NCBI RefSeq assembly: GCF_001949145.1
Contig: NW_019091360.1
Coordinates: 2,850,864-2,914,863 of the forward strand
Reading direction: 5' to 3'
From: Acanthaster planci
Taxonomy: Eukaryota
DNA: 64,000 nt
The notes beneath the pieces were generated by a model. The model worked only from the letters and a program-made list of their open reading frames with translations. It was not told the origin of the DNA and ran no database searches. The position numbers and the translations under genes are program-made. Shown piece after piece: positions 40,579 to 53,356 of this stretch. How positions within the stretch are numbered: position 1 is the first letter of the stretch; each line of letters opens with the position of its first letter.

Positions 40579-40818
40579 AGCTTTATCCACTCGTTTTGTA
40601 AATGCCCCTCGTCTTGACAGCAAGAAGGTATCCGGTATATTAACATGTGCATGTACATGTACACGTACCGGTAGGCCCCCCAACAAGGATTGCTCAATGC
40701 GGCTGCGTGTGCAAAGTTAGTGGCTGATCAACAGTCATCATTCGTCGTGGGCTCAACCAAGTTTAAATTGGATTCAATCCTCTCACAACCGTAACAGCAC
40801 CCTGGAAAGGATACAGAA

Positions 40819-41290
40819 TAGGGCTGTGCCGAATATCCAGATATTCGATCGAATATCAAATATTCAAATATTATTTTCCGAATTCAAATATTCAAATGCA
40901 AAATTCATGGAAACGAAGGGAGAATTTTTTGGTTTTAAACGCAAAAAATTGCACTGTGGAGGCTTGTCTCAAGCAGATTAAAATGAAAAGTGACAGAAAT
41001 CTTACAACGATTCAAAAATTAATTTATGCATTACAAAATTTAAAGGACAAGAAGTATTGCTCGTCTCTAAATCTTGCTAAATCCTGGCTGGATTGTACTC
41101 CCAGACGTGAGAAGCTACATGTACATGTATTACAGTGATTTAAATGTACAATTTTGTGTGTTATTACAACTGATTTTGTATGGATTGTTCATCAACAATC
41201 TGCCAGTCGGTACGAGCGAATATTCGGATATTCGATCGAATTGAAGGTCAAATATTCAAATAGTGAATTATTCGAACTGACTCATCCCTA
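40819..41290. mobile_element. hAT-type MITE
   Basis: Termini TAGGGCTG...CATCCCTA, subterminal GAATATTC/ATTCGA repeats at both ends, flanking 8-mers atacagaa and acacaaaa (6/8 identical) consistent with an aged 8-bp TSD. Confidence 0.7.
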
Positions 41291-42305
41291 ACACAAAAGT
41301 CACAGAAGAGGAGGAAGACAGTGATTTCTTATTTGACCTCTGCCTACCAGGTACATGTACACTGTATCACAACAAATCTAGACATTTGCAGCTACAGTTT
41401 ACAGAATTGAACTTTCAGCAGGACCAGTGGAAATTTTGAAGTACTGCTCCTGCTGGCTACCAGGGAAAAAAGGTTAATTTCCACCCCCGTGTCAGAAATA
41501 AGTAGATCTAAGAAAGTACCATAGCAGGCCTAAATTTAAAAAAAAAAGATGTCAGAAGGAAAACAAAAACACAAGAACAGTTTTTCTGAAGTCATGCGTA
41601 TGGCTCGCAGCAAAAATATGTCAAGGCTTCCTTTTTCTCACCGGTATGTTAGAGTAGATTTGTTTTGAAAAAAATCTACATGCATATTCTAGCCACATAA
41701 TTAGGTTTGGCAGGTTAATCACTGCAGCATTTATGACTTTTATTTTCTGTCCCACACTCAAGAAACCAAATACAAGTAGGTTCTACATATACATGTACAT
41801 GTGTTTCCAAATGTACATACATGTACATGTACATGTAGATTACATGTTTCAATATTCTTTGCTACAGTACCAGTATGAAATTAGAAACTAAGCTTAGAAA
41901 AATTAATTTGTGGACATCAGACAGAGATGCTGAGAAAACATCAAGGGTTTTTAATGTATAGAGCTGTTCTGTCTAGAGGATAATTTAATTAAAGTGAACT
42001 ATGTTTAATGTTTCTTGGTTTGAGATCAACACATACAGAAACTGATAAACTGATTAAATGCTGGAATATCGTGTATTTTCAACCAATAAAAACCTCACAT
42101 GGCACACTATTTATTACAAGCATCTGTAGCTACATGTACATGGAATAAAAAACTCCACACAAAAACCGAATTACTTGAAACTGTTCTGTGTTGTACTGTA
42201 CACAGGTACATGTACAGTATATGTATATCACTGTATGCATTATTTGACTGAACGGACAAAGGACTTGTTTACAGGAGAAACTTCAAAGTGTATGGAGAGA
42301 CTCAC

Positions 42306-42844
42306 CAACTTTTCACGGATACGTGGTGGATAAGTCTTGAGATCCNNNNNNNNNNNNNNNNNNNNNNNNNNNNNNNNNNNNNNNNNNNNNNNNNNNNNNN
42401 NNNNNNNNNNNNNNNNNNNNNNNNNNNNNNNNNNNNNNNNNNNNNNNNNNNNNNNNNNNNNNNNNNNNNNNNNNNNNNNNNNNNNNNNNNNNNNNNNNNN
42501 NNNNNNNNNNNNNNNNNNNNNNNNNNNNNNNNNNNNNNNNNNNNNNNNNNNNNNNNNNNNNNNNNNNNNNNNNNNNNNNNNNNNNNNNNNNNNNNNNNNN
42601 NNNNNNNNNNNNNNNNNNNNNNNNNNNNNNNNNNNNNNNNNNNNNNNNNNNNNNNNNNNNNNNNNNNNNNNNNNNNNNNNNNNNNNNNNNNNNNNNNNNN
42701 NNNNNNNNNNNNNNNNNNNNNNNNNNNNNNNNNNNNNNNNNNNNNNGGTCTACAGGTACATTTAAGTTTTGAGATCCTCTTGATGTCAGGCACGGTCTGA
42801 GTGATGAAGAACAGTTTCAACATTGACTTGTTGTGATCAGTCAT
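42306..42844 (-). other. Candidate exon(s) interrupted by an assembly gap
   Basis: Acceptor cttttctccacag|ATG at 42844 and donor TTG|gtgagt after 42306; open frame MTDHNKSMLKLFFITQTVPDIKRIS...RLIHHVSVKSW. Its phase does not fit a direct join to the 44681 exon. Confidence 0.3.
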
Positions 42845-44680
42845 CTGTGGAGAAAAGTTAACAAAATGATACAGTCACAAAAATGGGGACAAATTACAGA
42901 GTGGTCATGGTTACCGTACATGGTGGCTGTAACATGCTTTCAAAGGCTTTGATTTATAACAATGATACACGTACTTCCATTATAGAAGCGCAACAGGTGC
43001 ATGATAATGTACATGTACTGTAACTCAGTATGTTCAGATATTTTGAGGTCATAATTGTATTTTGCACTATTCTTTCAGGACAAACCAATTACTCCATGGT
43101 ACATGTACATAATTTCATGCGTTGGAAATCATGCAGTCTGCTGCACTCTTGAACAGAAAACAAACAGAAATCTAAACACCAAAAGCCTGTCATGATGTAC
43201 AGTAGGGCAATAATGCATTTTTTTAACGCATCCTGTTTGTATCAAGTCTCAAGTGTCTTCTTTTGTATCTACTTGTACCTGTTTGGTGGATATTTTATTA
43301 ATTTTTATTGTCTGTTGGTTGTCACTTTGATGTTTTTATCTGGTACGCAAGTTGTCAAGTTTGTGTAATGGTGTAACGCAGCAACGTCATGGCTGCATCA
43401 CCAACAACCGTGGTTAAACCCAGGACTCAAACATCGTGTCCACTTGTGCAACTCTTGGGTGTTCTTTTGGCAACACAGATACGCAGCTCTACATGTACAT
43501 GTATGTTGTGCCAGGCTGAAACTCTATCATCGTCTTCTGTGCCAATTTTGGTCTTGCAACAACACAAGCAAACCCTGTGGGCAAATACTGTAAATTTAAT
43601 TTTTTGAATGGCAAAAAACTTCATTTCCAGAACTACAGCTTCAACTGTCCACACATACAGCCAAGGTGGCTGCGCGATGTGAGTTTTCTGGAAGGGCATT
43701 ACGGCCAACTTGGAAGGCCACGCGGCCAATTGCCGTGGTGGCCGCGGTAAATATCGAGGCCTGTGCCTTGTATCCTGAATTCCATAAATGCAGTGTTGAA
43801 ATTACTAAATACGCCGAACAACGTATTTTGGAGGAAATTCTGCAAAAACTCCACGCAATGCATCACGATTCGTTAATTAACAACCTATGTTCGTGCATTA
43901 GTATGCATTTGCACGCGTGCGCGAAATGGCTTCCAAGCTCATCCCACATTCTGTTAGTTATGTTCATGTACATGTGTATGTTGTCTAGAGCTAGGTCTTC
44001 GCTCCATTACAAATACATGTACGTGGAAACGAGTAGACAATAGACCCAGCCGTATCTTCGCAAGCCCGTTTGGACACGGCCTCATCTGCGACTTCATCAC
44101 ACCCACGGCTCCTCCGCGCATGCGTAAGGGGCACTCCGTTACCAAGCATTTCGCGCATGTGCGAGTACCTGTGCTAGACGAATGGGTACTGTAATGTACA
44201 TATACATTATGTCAGGCACATGCATGTAGATCGTGAATCGCAATGGAAAGCGTGGAGTTTCGCTGAATTTCCTCCAAAATACATTGTTCGCGGGCGTAGG
44301 CCTATTTAATAATTTCAACACAGCATTTATGGAATTCAGGATAGACCTTGCACTTGTGAACGACATTTTGAGCTGTCTTCGTCAGGTAAAAATGTGAGAA
44401 AAAAGTGTTGAAAAAAATTTCGCATAGTTTAAGCACCTTCATTCACTGGACGTTAGTCGCAATGTAATGTACACGTCCAACCTGGGCTAGGCTAGAGCCT
44501 ACTTGGGCCTACACGTCCATGTAAGCCTACATCATGTAATGTACGTGTCCATGACGGCACGAGTACCGGTATACGTGACATAAATGGCAAAACATACTTA
44601 GAAATGGGTCAAATAATGAAACTTGAACATTTCCTGGACCTACTACACTTCCTTAGCTATAGTTAATCTTTGTGCCTTAC

Positions 44681-44768
44681 CTGCTATTGCTTCCAAGAGA
44701 GGTCGAACTGCCAAGAAAACACCCGAAAATGCATCAGCGCCAATTCCTCCTTCCGAACTTGCCGCCAT
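44681..44768 (-). CDS. Candidate first exon of an unidentified minus-strand gene running into the left domain
   Basis: ggcATGG start, MAASSEGGIGADAFSGVFLAVRPLLEAIA, then a consensus donor CAG|gtaagg; lies in a CpG-rich patch at the domain boundary. Product not recognised. Confidence 0.4.
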
Positions 44769-47700
44769 GCCACTGACGATAATTCCTATTCGCGAACAGG
44801 ACGGCGGCTCAAGTGATAGCGCCCTCTGCAGCTGGTAATTAACCACCCAGACGGCAAAAATAATTTGGGGCTTGTGAAAAATATTACCAAAATAAACGTT
44901 GGCCTATTTTTGTGTGTGTACATCATTCTAGGGCTGCCTGACTCAAATTCAAAATTGCTGTTATCCACGATTAATATGGCTAAAAAGTACCTTTAATAAA
45001 AACAAAAAAGAGTCGTTTTTCTTTTAAATAAACAAAAACGAGAAAACGAGAAACTACTTGTTTTGGGATTCTCCGAACAAAACAAATCTTTTTCAAATCA
45101 AGAGACAAATGAATTAAATGTACGTAGAGGAATCTCCTATGATCTCACGTTGATAAACATGCCCTTCCAAACTGCCACAATCAATATTGAAAAATTCACA
45201 TAAATGTCTTCTACTTGAACAAACACCATCCACATCTCTCAGAGGACAAATTTCTTCTATTTGAAGGTTTGCCTTAATTAGATTACTAATGGGCCATAGA
45301 AGGTTGAGGTTTGAAGGAGTCTACCAGTTTTTTAAGACACTGATGAGGATCAGGAATCAGTAACAGCTCGTAAAAAGTGAGTGAGGAACAGATACCTTCG
45401 AGAACGAAATACCATTTTGAATTACGTTTCATCATGCTAAGGGAAACAAATATACATTATATTAGCAATTTATTGTCACATTCTTGTTTTCACATCGAGT
45501 GTTTTTGATAGAAAATATTACATCAGTGGTCTTATTCAACTTATAGTATTTAATATAATCATTCAATAATTCATGCACAGCTTTATTGTTGATATGGATC
45601 CCTTATCTTATGTTTGAAAACATTTAAACTGTCCTCCTCTATTTCACACACGCCAAATATTAAGCAATACCATTAAAGCCAATATACACCAACGGCAACC
45701 TTCGTTTTTTTAAAAAAAAAAATACTAATACCACTTGTTTTAAAAACTGGGAAAAAAATGAACTTCAGAGTTTCTGTTTTTTTACCCGCTTTTACTTTTC
45801 ATTCCCGGGTTTTCTTTACTGCAAACCAAACGAGGAAATGTTCCTGTCGCCTAGATATCGTCATAGAGTGCAACTGGGTGCAAAGAAACATTCTATGATG
45901 AAATTTAACTATAAAATTATTTGCTTGTTGCACACTCGGCAGTATGGCTCAACTTCGTGTGCGTAACTGTCACAAAATTAATGTCAACGGCAAGATAGAA
46001 ATTACACTACAAAAAAACCTAGTTTGCGAATGGATAACCTGTATCAAAGTGTTACGTATTGGCTCAGATTTTTTAAGCAATTCAGTGCATGCAGCCAGTG
46101 GTGTTTACTGTCTTAACACGGTTTCAAGCCAAGGCGGCGCATAAAATGCCTCGACTTTACCTTTTTCTAAGCCTCATGCTGATTATTTCATGGGAACACA
46201 ATCCTTAAAAGCAACGGGTAAAATGACTTCTGCTTTAATATTACACATTCAATGACAACAGTCAATCTTGTGAAATTAACACAATGGCTTGATTACATTG
46301 TACAAATATCGTGGTATAAACGTGTATTATTCAATGCACATTAATTACAGATTATATCATTTCTTTTATGGTAAATTAAAAAAATCGGGCTACTTTAATG
46401 CAGTAGCTTATACAATTTATACAGTACAACGTCTATGGACAGATAAGGTGTTATTTACATTTTTTGATATAATATTTAGCGTTTGACTTTTTACATTCAA
46501 CCTGGTCTCGAAGGAGACTATAACTTTAAAGGTGGGTTATTCTTTTAAGAAACAACGCAGAAACGGCCTTTCAATATTACTATTTACATTTGCGTTAGGG
46601 TTTTCAGGGATGATGAAAATAGTTACCCACGATCTATCCCAGATCTCGACTGAGTTTGTATATATCGCTGGTGTGGTGCAAACGAAGATAAATAAAAATT
46701 GATTGTTGGTGTTTAAAAACAAAATCGCGAAGATAACGTCATCAACCTTGGAAAGGCTGATGGTATCAAAGGCTTTCTGCCTACATTAGCGGAACGAAAA
46801 ACCATTTACGGCACTCGGGAACATCTGCGATCCCATTACGCTGATGGCTTACATCTCTCGGCCATCATTATTTCGGTAAATGACGTGAATTAGCGGTAAC
46901 TGACTTATTCCTTCTCTAATGTTTCAGCCTACAATGACTTCGTCCACGTGAATATTTAGTCCATGACCTGGTTTATCGGAAAGTCACGAAAACACGTCGT
47001 GGTTCCAAGAGAAATGAGTCTTTTTACAATATGAGGAGAAACCCTAACATTCCTGACCTGCTTACGAACTGTGATTAAAACTCTCCTTTTCATTAAGGGT
47101 TTCGCATACAATAATGTTGTTGAAGTTTGAGGTCAATTACTGGCGAGTTGCGTGCCGGAATCACATTCCTACATTTTACCCAAGTCACTCGTTAATATCA
47201 CCTCCAGCAATATTTCTCAAACCTGTTGGAATATCAGACGAAACAATTACAATCCTTGTGTTGAATATAAATATTTTCACCGTTTGTACCAATTACACGA
47301 TTTCTGTGTACAGATGTACACATGCGTATCTTACTGGTGTAAGAATTACAAAATAACAACACTAAATTTATCTGGTCTCTGAGTGTTTCATCTAAAAATT
47401 TCAATTTTGGATTTCAAGAACTAATTAGCTTGCATAATTATGGTAGGCTACATCTTCTGTGGCAATTCTGGTATGCAGTATGTAGAAAATGCAATGAGTT
47501 GCTCACGTTGGTTCCACAGTTACCCGAGATGTAACCGAAACATAAATAATTTCTTTGGAATGAGCAGAAGAAAAAGCTTCTTAGATTTTGCAAGCTTCCT
47601 CGAATGAATTATTTTTTCTTAGTCCTGAAGTTGGGAAGTCTCTTATACTAACCACCCGGTTCACTGATTATTAATGCATTTCACGGCGGATGGAATTAAT

Positions 47701-48863
47701 TATGCATAAAGGCTTCTAGATAAAAAAGGTTATGCAGATTAGAGTCTGGATGCTTAATACATAAGTCTTTGACCGGTCACTCACTCGTGAATTGCTCGAC
47801 TGTAACAGAGAAAATGAAGTGCTCAATCTCTGTTCACCAGCTTATTTTACACAAACCAAGGCATTTCCATTTAAAAGTTTTTCCCCGCTGTGACCTGGTT
47901 GATTTAGAATTGTCATAGTAACCACTATTCACAATTGACATAGCACCATCACAATGTGTACACAGCCATCCGAACCTTGTGCAAAAATACAATTAGGGCC
48001 TACTCCAAATTTGGCTGTGCGCCAAACTCTACTTTGACTTAAGGATAAAACAAGACTTGAAAAAAACACACAGGGATATCTTACAAGTTCCCTGGGTTGA
48101 ATTTATTTTCACAGCCGAGATTTGGTCAATGGTAGAGGTACATTATCAGATAACTACTTTTAATTGATTGGACCCTCAGTCTTATCCTCTTGTCCATCTT
48201 CAGTCGGAGAACTCTGAGAAGATCTTGCTGGGGAACCTTGCACAGTGGCAATTTCGTGTTAGAATAAGTGATTTGAAGCATAGGACACAAGGCAACTTTG
48301 CCGATAAAAAAAATCAACTTATAAGACACGGCTGTGGCTTGGCTCTAGTTACACTCGACACTTTGGCGACACAAAAATTATTCCTGGTTTTATATTTCTA
48401 TGGTAACGTTATATACAGCCCAACGGCACTGTTATAATGTGAAACTGAAGCGCTCGCACATTTCTCACGTGCGCTTATAAAAGGCAAGAAATGAACACAC
48501 GACGTTAATGAAGTAGACACCAATCTGACAAGTGCAAAAAACCACTGTAAAGGTGCAGTGCGTTATAAAACTCGCATCGTGATGTCCCTATGGACCGTAC
48601 TCCGATCATCAATCCTATACAGCTGACGCGTTCGGACTTCTGGAAGAGCACTGGGCATTCTCATTCGTGAAAGCACGAAACTACTCAACTTGTTTTCCTC
48701 CAGTACTAAAAGCCAATGCCATCCCACTGGAGAGAAGCACTACCTAAAGTCGACACCGATGCCGTTTCCTCACATGGTGCCCGCCTTACATGGATGGACC
48801 TTGTAACGGCACACAGGGGGTTAGGGAACTCCCCACCCCCCGACTGGACTCTAGCTTCCTTCC

Positions 48864-49071
48864 TCACTCGACGGACTGCTGGGGTGTCATGCACCCTTTC
48901 ATGGAGGACGTCACCGACGCGGTGCTGAGGGAAGGCGAGGACTCTTGGAGCTGGTACCAGTGGGCGATCTGCTTGCGGGGCGCCGCCAGCATCTCCTCCC
49001 AGTGGTCCTTGCCCTGCCCGAAGCACTGAGGACCGACCTCGCACACGCCTATGAGCTCGCTGTGGCCCACC
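48864..49071 (-). CDS. SYT: Synaptotagmin terminal coding exon (end of C2B and stop)
   Basis: tcctttcaatgattag|G GTG GGC CAC...; encodes (W)[41 protein letters not shown], then a Ser-rich tail and TGA. Phase matches the previous exon. Confidence 0.93.
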
Positions 49072-50666
49072 CTAATCATTGAAAGGAACAAAGCCAGACG
49101 TGAGGTTTAATTACTGAGCTTTGGTATAAGCCTGCTCGACCCGACCCGACCCCACGCACATGGGGGAAAAGTGGCATAGCACAAAATCTAGAAAATGTCC
49201 TGCGAACTATGTTGCTTTGGACCATTGCGCGGATTGGTTACAGCCGGATATGAATCCACTCCGTCCATAAATATTCTTCCCAGGCACTGCATCAATTTAT
49301 GAGACATGTTAATCTCGTCCAGAAGCAATCGGGAAGATTTTATATCTGCTCCATTTCCCATTGACGGCCTGAGGGAAATCCCTTTCCGTAGTTCCTCCTT
49401 ATACAGAGGACATACGATGTTTGGGGCTGGACATAACGAGAGATAACTCACGACGGAAATAATTTCCTTTCCATTACTAGATGGTCCACTGCCAGAAGGA
49501 TCGTCTAAAAACCTTAGGGGTATCGTCCAACTTCTGCCAGTCAGATTTTCAGTACTTTTTTTACGAGTAAAATCGGGTTAACGAAGGAAAAGGCTGGGTT
49601 TTATGGAAGCTGTTACGAAAAATCGAGGGCTTGCAAATTTCCGTTAATTCCCTCACTACTAGCGAGCTGTTGGTTGTTCGCTCTTAATTTCCGATTGTAC
49701 ATTTCCGTCGCGTTCGTCAAGAACGTAATTAATTAAAACCTGAAACAGTTTAGTAAATGCAGTGATACGCGCTTACACAGTCGTAGATCTGATTATGAGC
49801 TTTTTGCGCAGTACAGCCGTTCTACATTGTGGTACTGATTTGATATCGATCATTGTGTGTGTTTTGTGCATGAAAAAATTAAGGAACAAGACATTAATAT
49901 CACGGTTTGCACAGACGCCGAATTCACTGAGCCATTTTCTGTACAAGCTTCAGCCCCTTAGACCAATTTCACTCCGCCCCTTCCGTAGCTACCGAACCCC
50001 TACCCACTATTCTGCTCTTCCCCAAACATCTTCTGGTAGCACGCCGGTTGTTGCATAACGTTGCATTAATTAAGAAATCACACATGATTGGTCAAATTGA
50101 AGTTGAAGAACAGAATATCGAATAGATGATCATTCAGAGATCTCTGTACGTTGTATTTATGCTGTAGCTGTTGTTTGCGAACTAGTTTAGAAAATTTGAC
50201 TTTATTTTGAAAGCCCTGGTATACAACTCGTGCCTTTAATGGTTTTTTCGTAAATGTTTGCCAAAATTTCCAAATAGCCGTCGCCGAGGGCTCTGACTGT
50301 TGCCGAAATCTTTCGGTAGAGAGATCGAAATTCTGGATATCAAATCCACTTCTCTCAAAACTCAGCGTATCAGACTCAATATTATTCACGTTTGGTATAT
50401 ACCACCTGTTATCCTTTTGAAGTTTTGTCTTTTGATAGCTCTTTTCATTCGATATTTCAAAACTAATGCCGTTATACTTTGCCAGCCTGCTTTGGAAAAA
50501 ACACATAACGAACGTGGTCCGTTGAAATTTCATGTCAAAATTACAAGTGGTATTTTATGATCATGAAAATGTTTATTTTTTCCCGAGAGAGTTAACTTTA
50601 ATATTTGGCCTTAAGTTTGGCAAATTTTCCCCGCCTATTTTCTTATCGACTGGGGAATAGACCTAC

Positions 50667-50838
50667 CAATCGTAATCCACGACGGCAACCACAAAGAGGA
50701 TGCTGTCCATGCTTTCTGGCATGACATCGAAGACCATGGCCTCGTTGTAGACCGGGTTGAGCGTGTTCTTCTTCACCGTCGTCTTCTTCTTTTTGACCCG
50801 TTTGCCGTGGCACACCATTGACACCTTCACGTACGGAT
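50667..50838 (-). CDS. SYT: Synaptotagmin exon, C2B core with polybasic stretch
   Basis: cttttcag|AT...GATTG|gtaggt; 172 nt encoding [57 protein letters not shown]; phase 1 in, phase 2 out. Confidence 0.95.
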
Positions 50839-53235
50839 CTGAAAAGAGTCCACTGAAACTTATTTTTTTATCTTTTAAATGCTTCAGACAAAATAATGGC
50901 GTCAGTGACGATCACCTGCTTGACAGCGGGTCGCGCATTTCTACAGAAGGTATCCCCAAAATATGAAGCAATTTCAATGGGGATGCACGGTGAATGCATA
51001 CACGCGCGCACCGCAATTATTGTTTGCAAAGAAGGTTCACTGGTCGGTTTAATAACGGTTAAATAATATGCCCACCACAAAAAAAATTACCCCACTCCGT
51101 CAAATTGATATTTGGTTTAGTCCCACTCCCCGTGGCGATAAACATGAAGCACTTATCAGAGGCAAATGCACGGTTTGCATAGTCGTTAGCGGCAGCCCTG
51201 GCGCTCGGTTTGACGCCCTTCGGGGAACGGGTCGTTCATCCATCCGCTCGAGAGGGCATTGGTACATGGGAGCAAGAACGACATACCGCAAAGGTGTGAC
51301 TATATACGACAGTGGCCGGCGCGTCCCCATGTCAGCCAGCCGCCAACTTTCCACATCTTTGACGGCCGAATTGTTATGATTTCATTTCGCCTAGACGCGA
51401 GCAATATTGCGTGCATGCCTGACATTTCGGAGCTCAAGTGGGCGACTCTTCCTCGATCGGTCAACATGTTCACCACTCCTTCAAATTGGGACACCCACAC
51501 TCACGATGACACAAGTTGGTGTTTTCTTTACTTTCGCGGTGTGTTTTCTTTCTTGTCGCCGTCTCCGGCGCTAGCCGTTCTTTGCCAATTCCTTTTCACA
51601 CACTTGATATCCGAGAGGCGTAAATTCTTTCATCCTCTGGGATGGGGTAATCTGGTACTGCAGCATACCGTTAGCGACATTACGCGTCCTGGACTTGAAC
51701 ACCGACGAATCCACCTTCTTGATAACTGATACTATCTTATCCAACACTCGTCACGAACATACATGCCAATAAATATCGGCTTTCAGAACCAACAGAGCTT
51801 GTTTTGAACAGCGGCGTTTAGTTTGTCTGGAATATGTTTTTGGCAAAACAGCTCAGATGGGAAGCTTTCAAAAAATAGCAAGAAGTGTTCTTCGAAGAAT
51901 CTCTACACTCAAAAGGCAACCGCGAGGGTACGGGAAATCATCACCCAGTCACTTATAGCCTAATGTAAGTCGCTCTGTTCTAATCGCAAATATCGAAAAG
52001 AAGTTTAAAATATTTTAGAACCGCAGCAAGAGTTCTTAAGTTGAAACCTTGGTGGTCCCTTTTCTCCACAAATAACAAACCATCTCTATAACTGAAGTGC
52101 AATATATATTTTTTTTCGTCCATTTTTGGTCTGTATTCAATCAGCCGAGCGTAAGCTGCAGGGGAAAAAAATCTGAAATCATCGGGTGTTATAGGGACAA
52201 TTCAAGAAAAACAAAACACAGCGAAAATATATGTGCAGTGAGTGTTGCTGTCTTCTCTGCACGCCTGTCAGCATATAACGTGTTCCTGATGCGATTTTCT
52301 CCAGTATCGATTCTTTCGCAGGAAATTCAGACATTCACAAAAGAATAACAAGCCTTGGTTTACATAAGTGACTTCGCTCGAATTCACCCGTCCACTCACG
52401 TTTCCCGTTGGTGTTATGACTATTTAATTTCAGTGAGCGTAGAAAGCTTTCATCACTACGGCCCCGGACGGTAGAGGTTTTTTTTTCATCAACCATTTAC
52501 CCATGCTTAATCTCTTCTCTGCTTTTTGACTTTTCGGAATTTCATTAAATTGAATCAGGTGCCTTTCTTATAACTCTTCCTGCGCTTTTTCGGTTGATGA
52601 ATTTTCAACTGAAGTCTCCACAATTTTCCCAACACAAAGAGCGACAACAATCTGAAATGAACAATAGCAATTTTCTCTTTAACCGTCATGTTAACTTTCA
52701 TTGTCGTCTCCCACTCTTCGTTACGATACCCCGAGCAGCACAGAAAGGTTGGAGGATCCCATCTTTTTTTGCTGAAGACGGTTGCACAAGGTCAGGAATC
52801 CATAACCGGAAGAAAAGCCCACGGCATTTTTAACAGGAAAAGGTTAAGCTTAGATAAAATCTCCACACTGCTTGACAGAGCACGCGCAGGCTCTGGTGCA
52901 GGCTATTGTTGTACGCCCTCTGTGTTGCCATCAAGAGAAAAGCGGGGGAAAAAAGCAGGTGGGTGTTTGGCAATTAAGTATATTTCTAAAACTGATGAAA
53001 AGACTGCAAAACGAAACGAATGCGCACTGCACAGACTGTGATGTTGCAGTGTCTACACAGAGGAAATGGTGGTTCAGGTACAATACCTGGTCTTAACTCA
53101 GGGGAGAAGGGGCGTCTCCCACGGAGACGATATCCGCCACACTGAGGGACAGCGAAGAGTATGGAAAGGGGGTTCGCGGTGGAGGTAGCGGCATGTGTTA
53201 TTTGCCGGATCCTCGGTACTCTGGACAGACTTTAC

Positions 53236-53356
53236 CTGACGCTCCGGTGATGTCCATTGCCTTCAGGTTCCGCGCCTTGATAACGTTAAGTGTTAGCCGA
53301 CAGGCGGTCGGTAGGTAACAAAGCGAGAACATCACGTCTCCAAGGTCTGCTTTCTC
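53236..53356 (-). CDS. SYT: Synaptotagmin exon, start of C2B
   Basis: tttttctcctgtag|GAG...TCAG|gtaaag; 121 nt encoding [40 protein letters not shown]; phase 0 in, phase 1 out. Confidence 0.95.

Noticed and set aside
20513..42844. ORFs padded with X (20513, 37190-37646, 42288-42844)
   Set aside because: Their length comes from assembly gaps.
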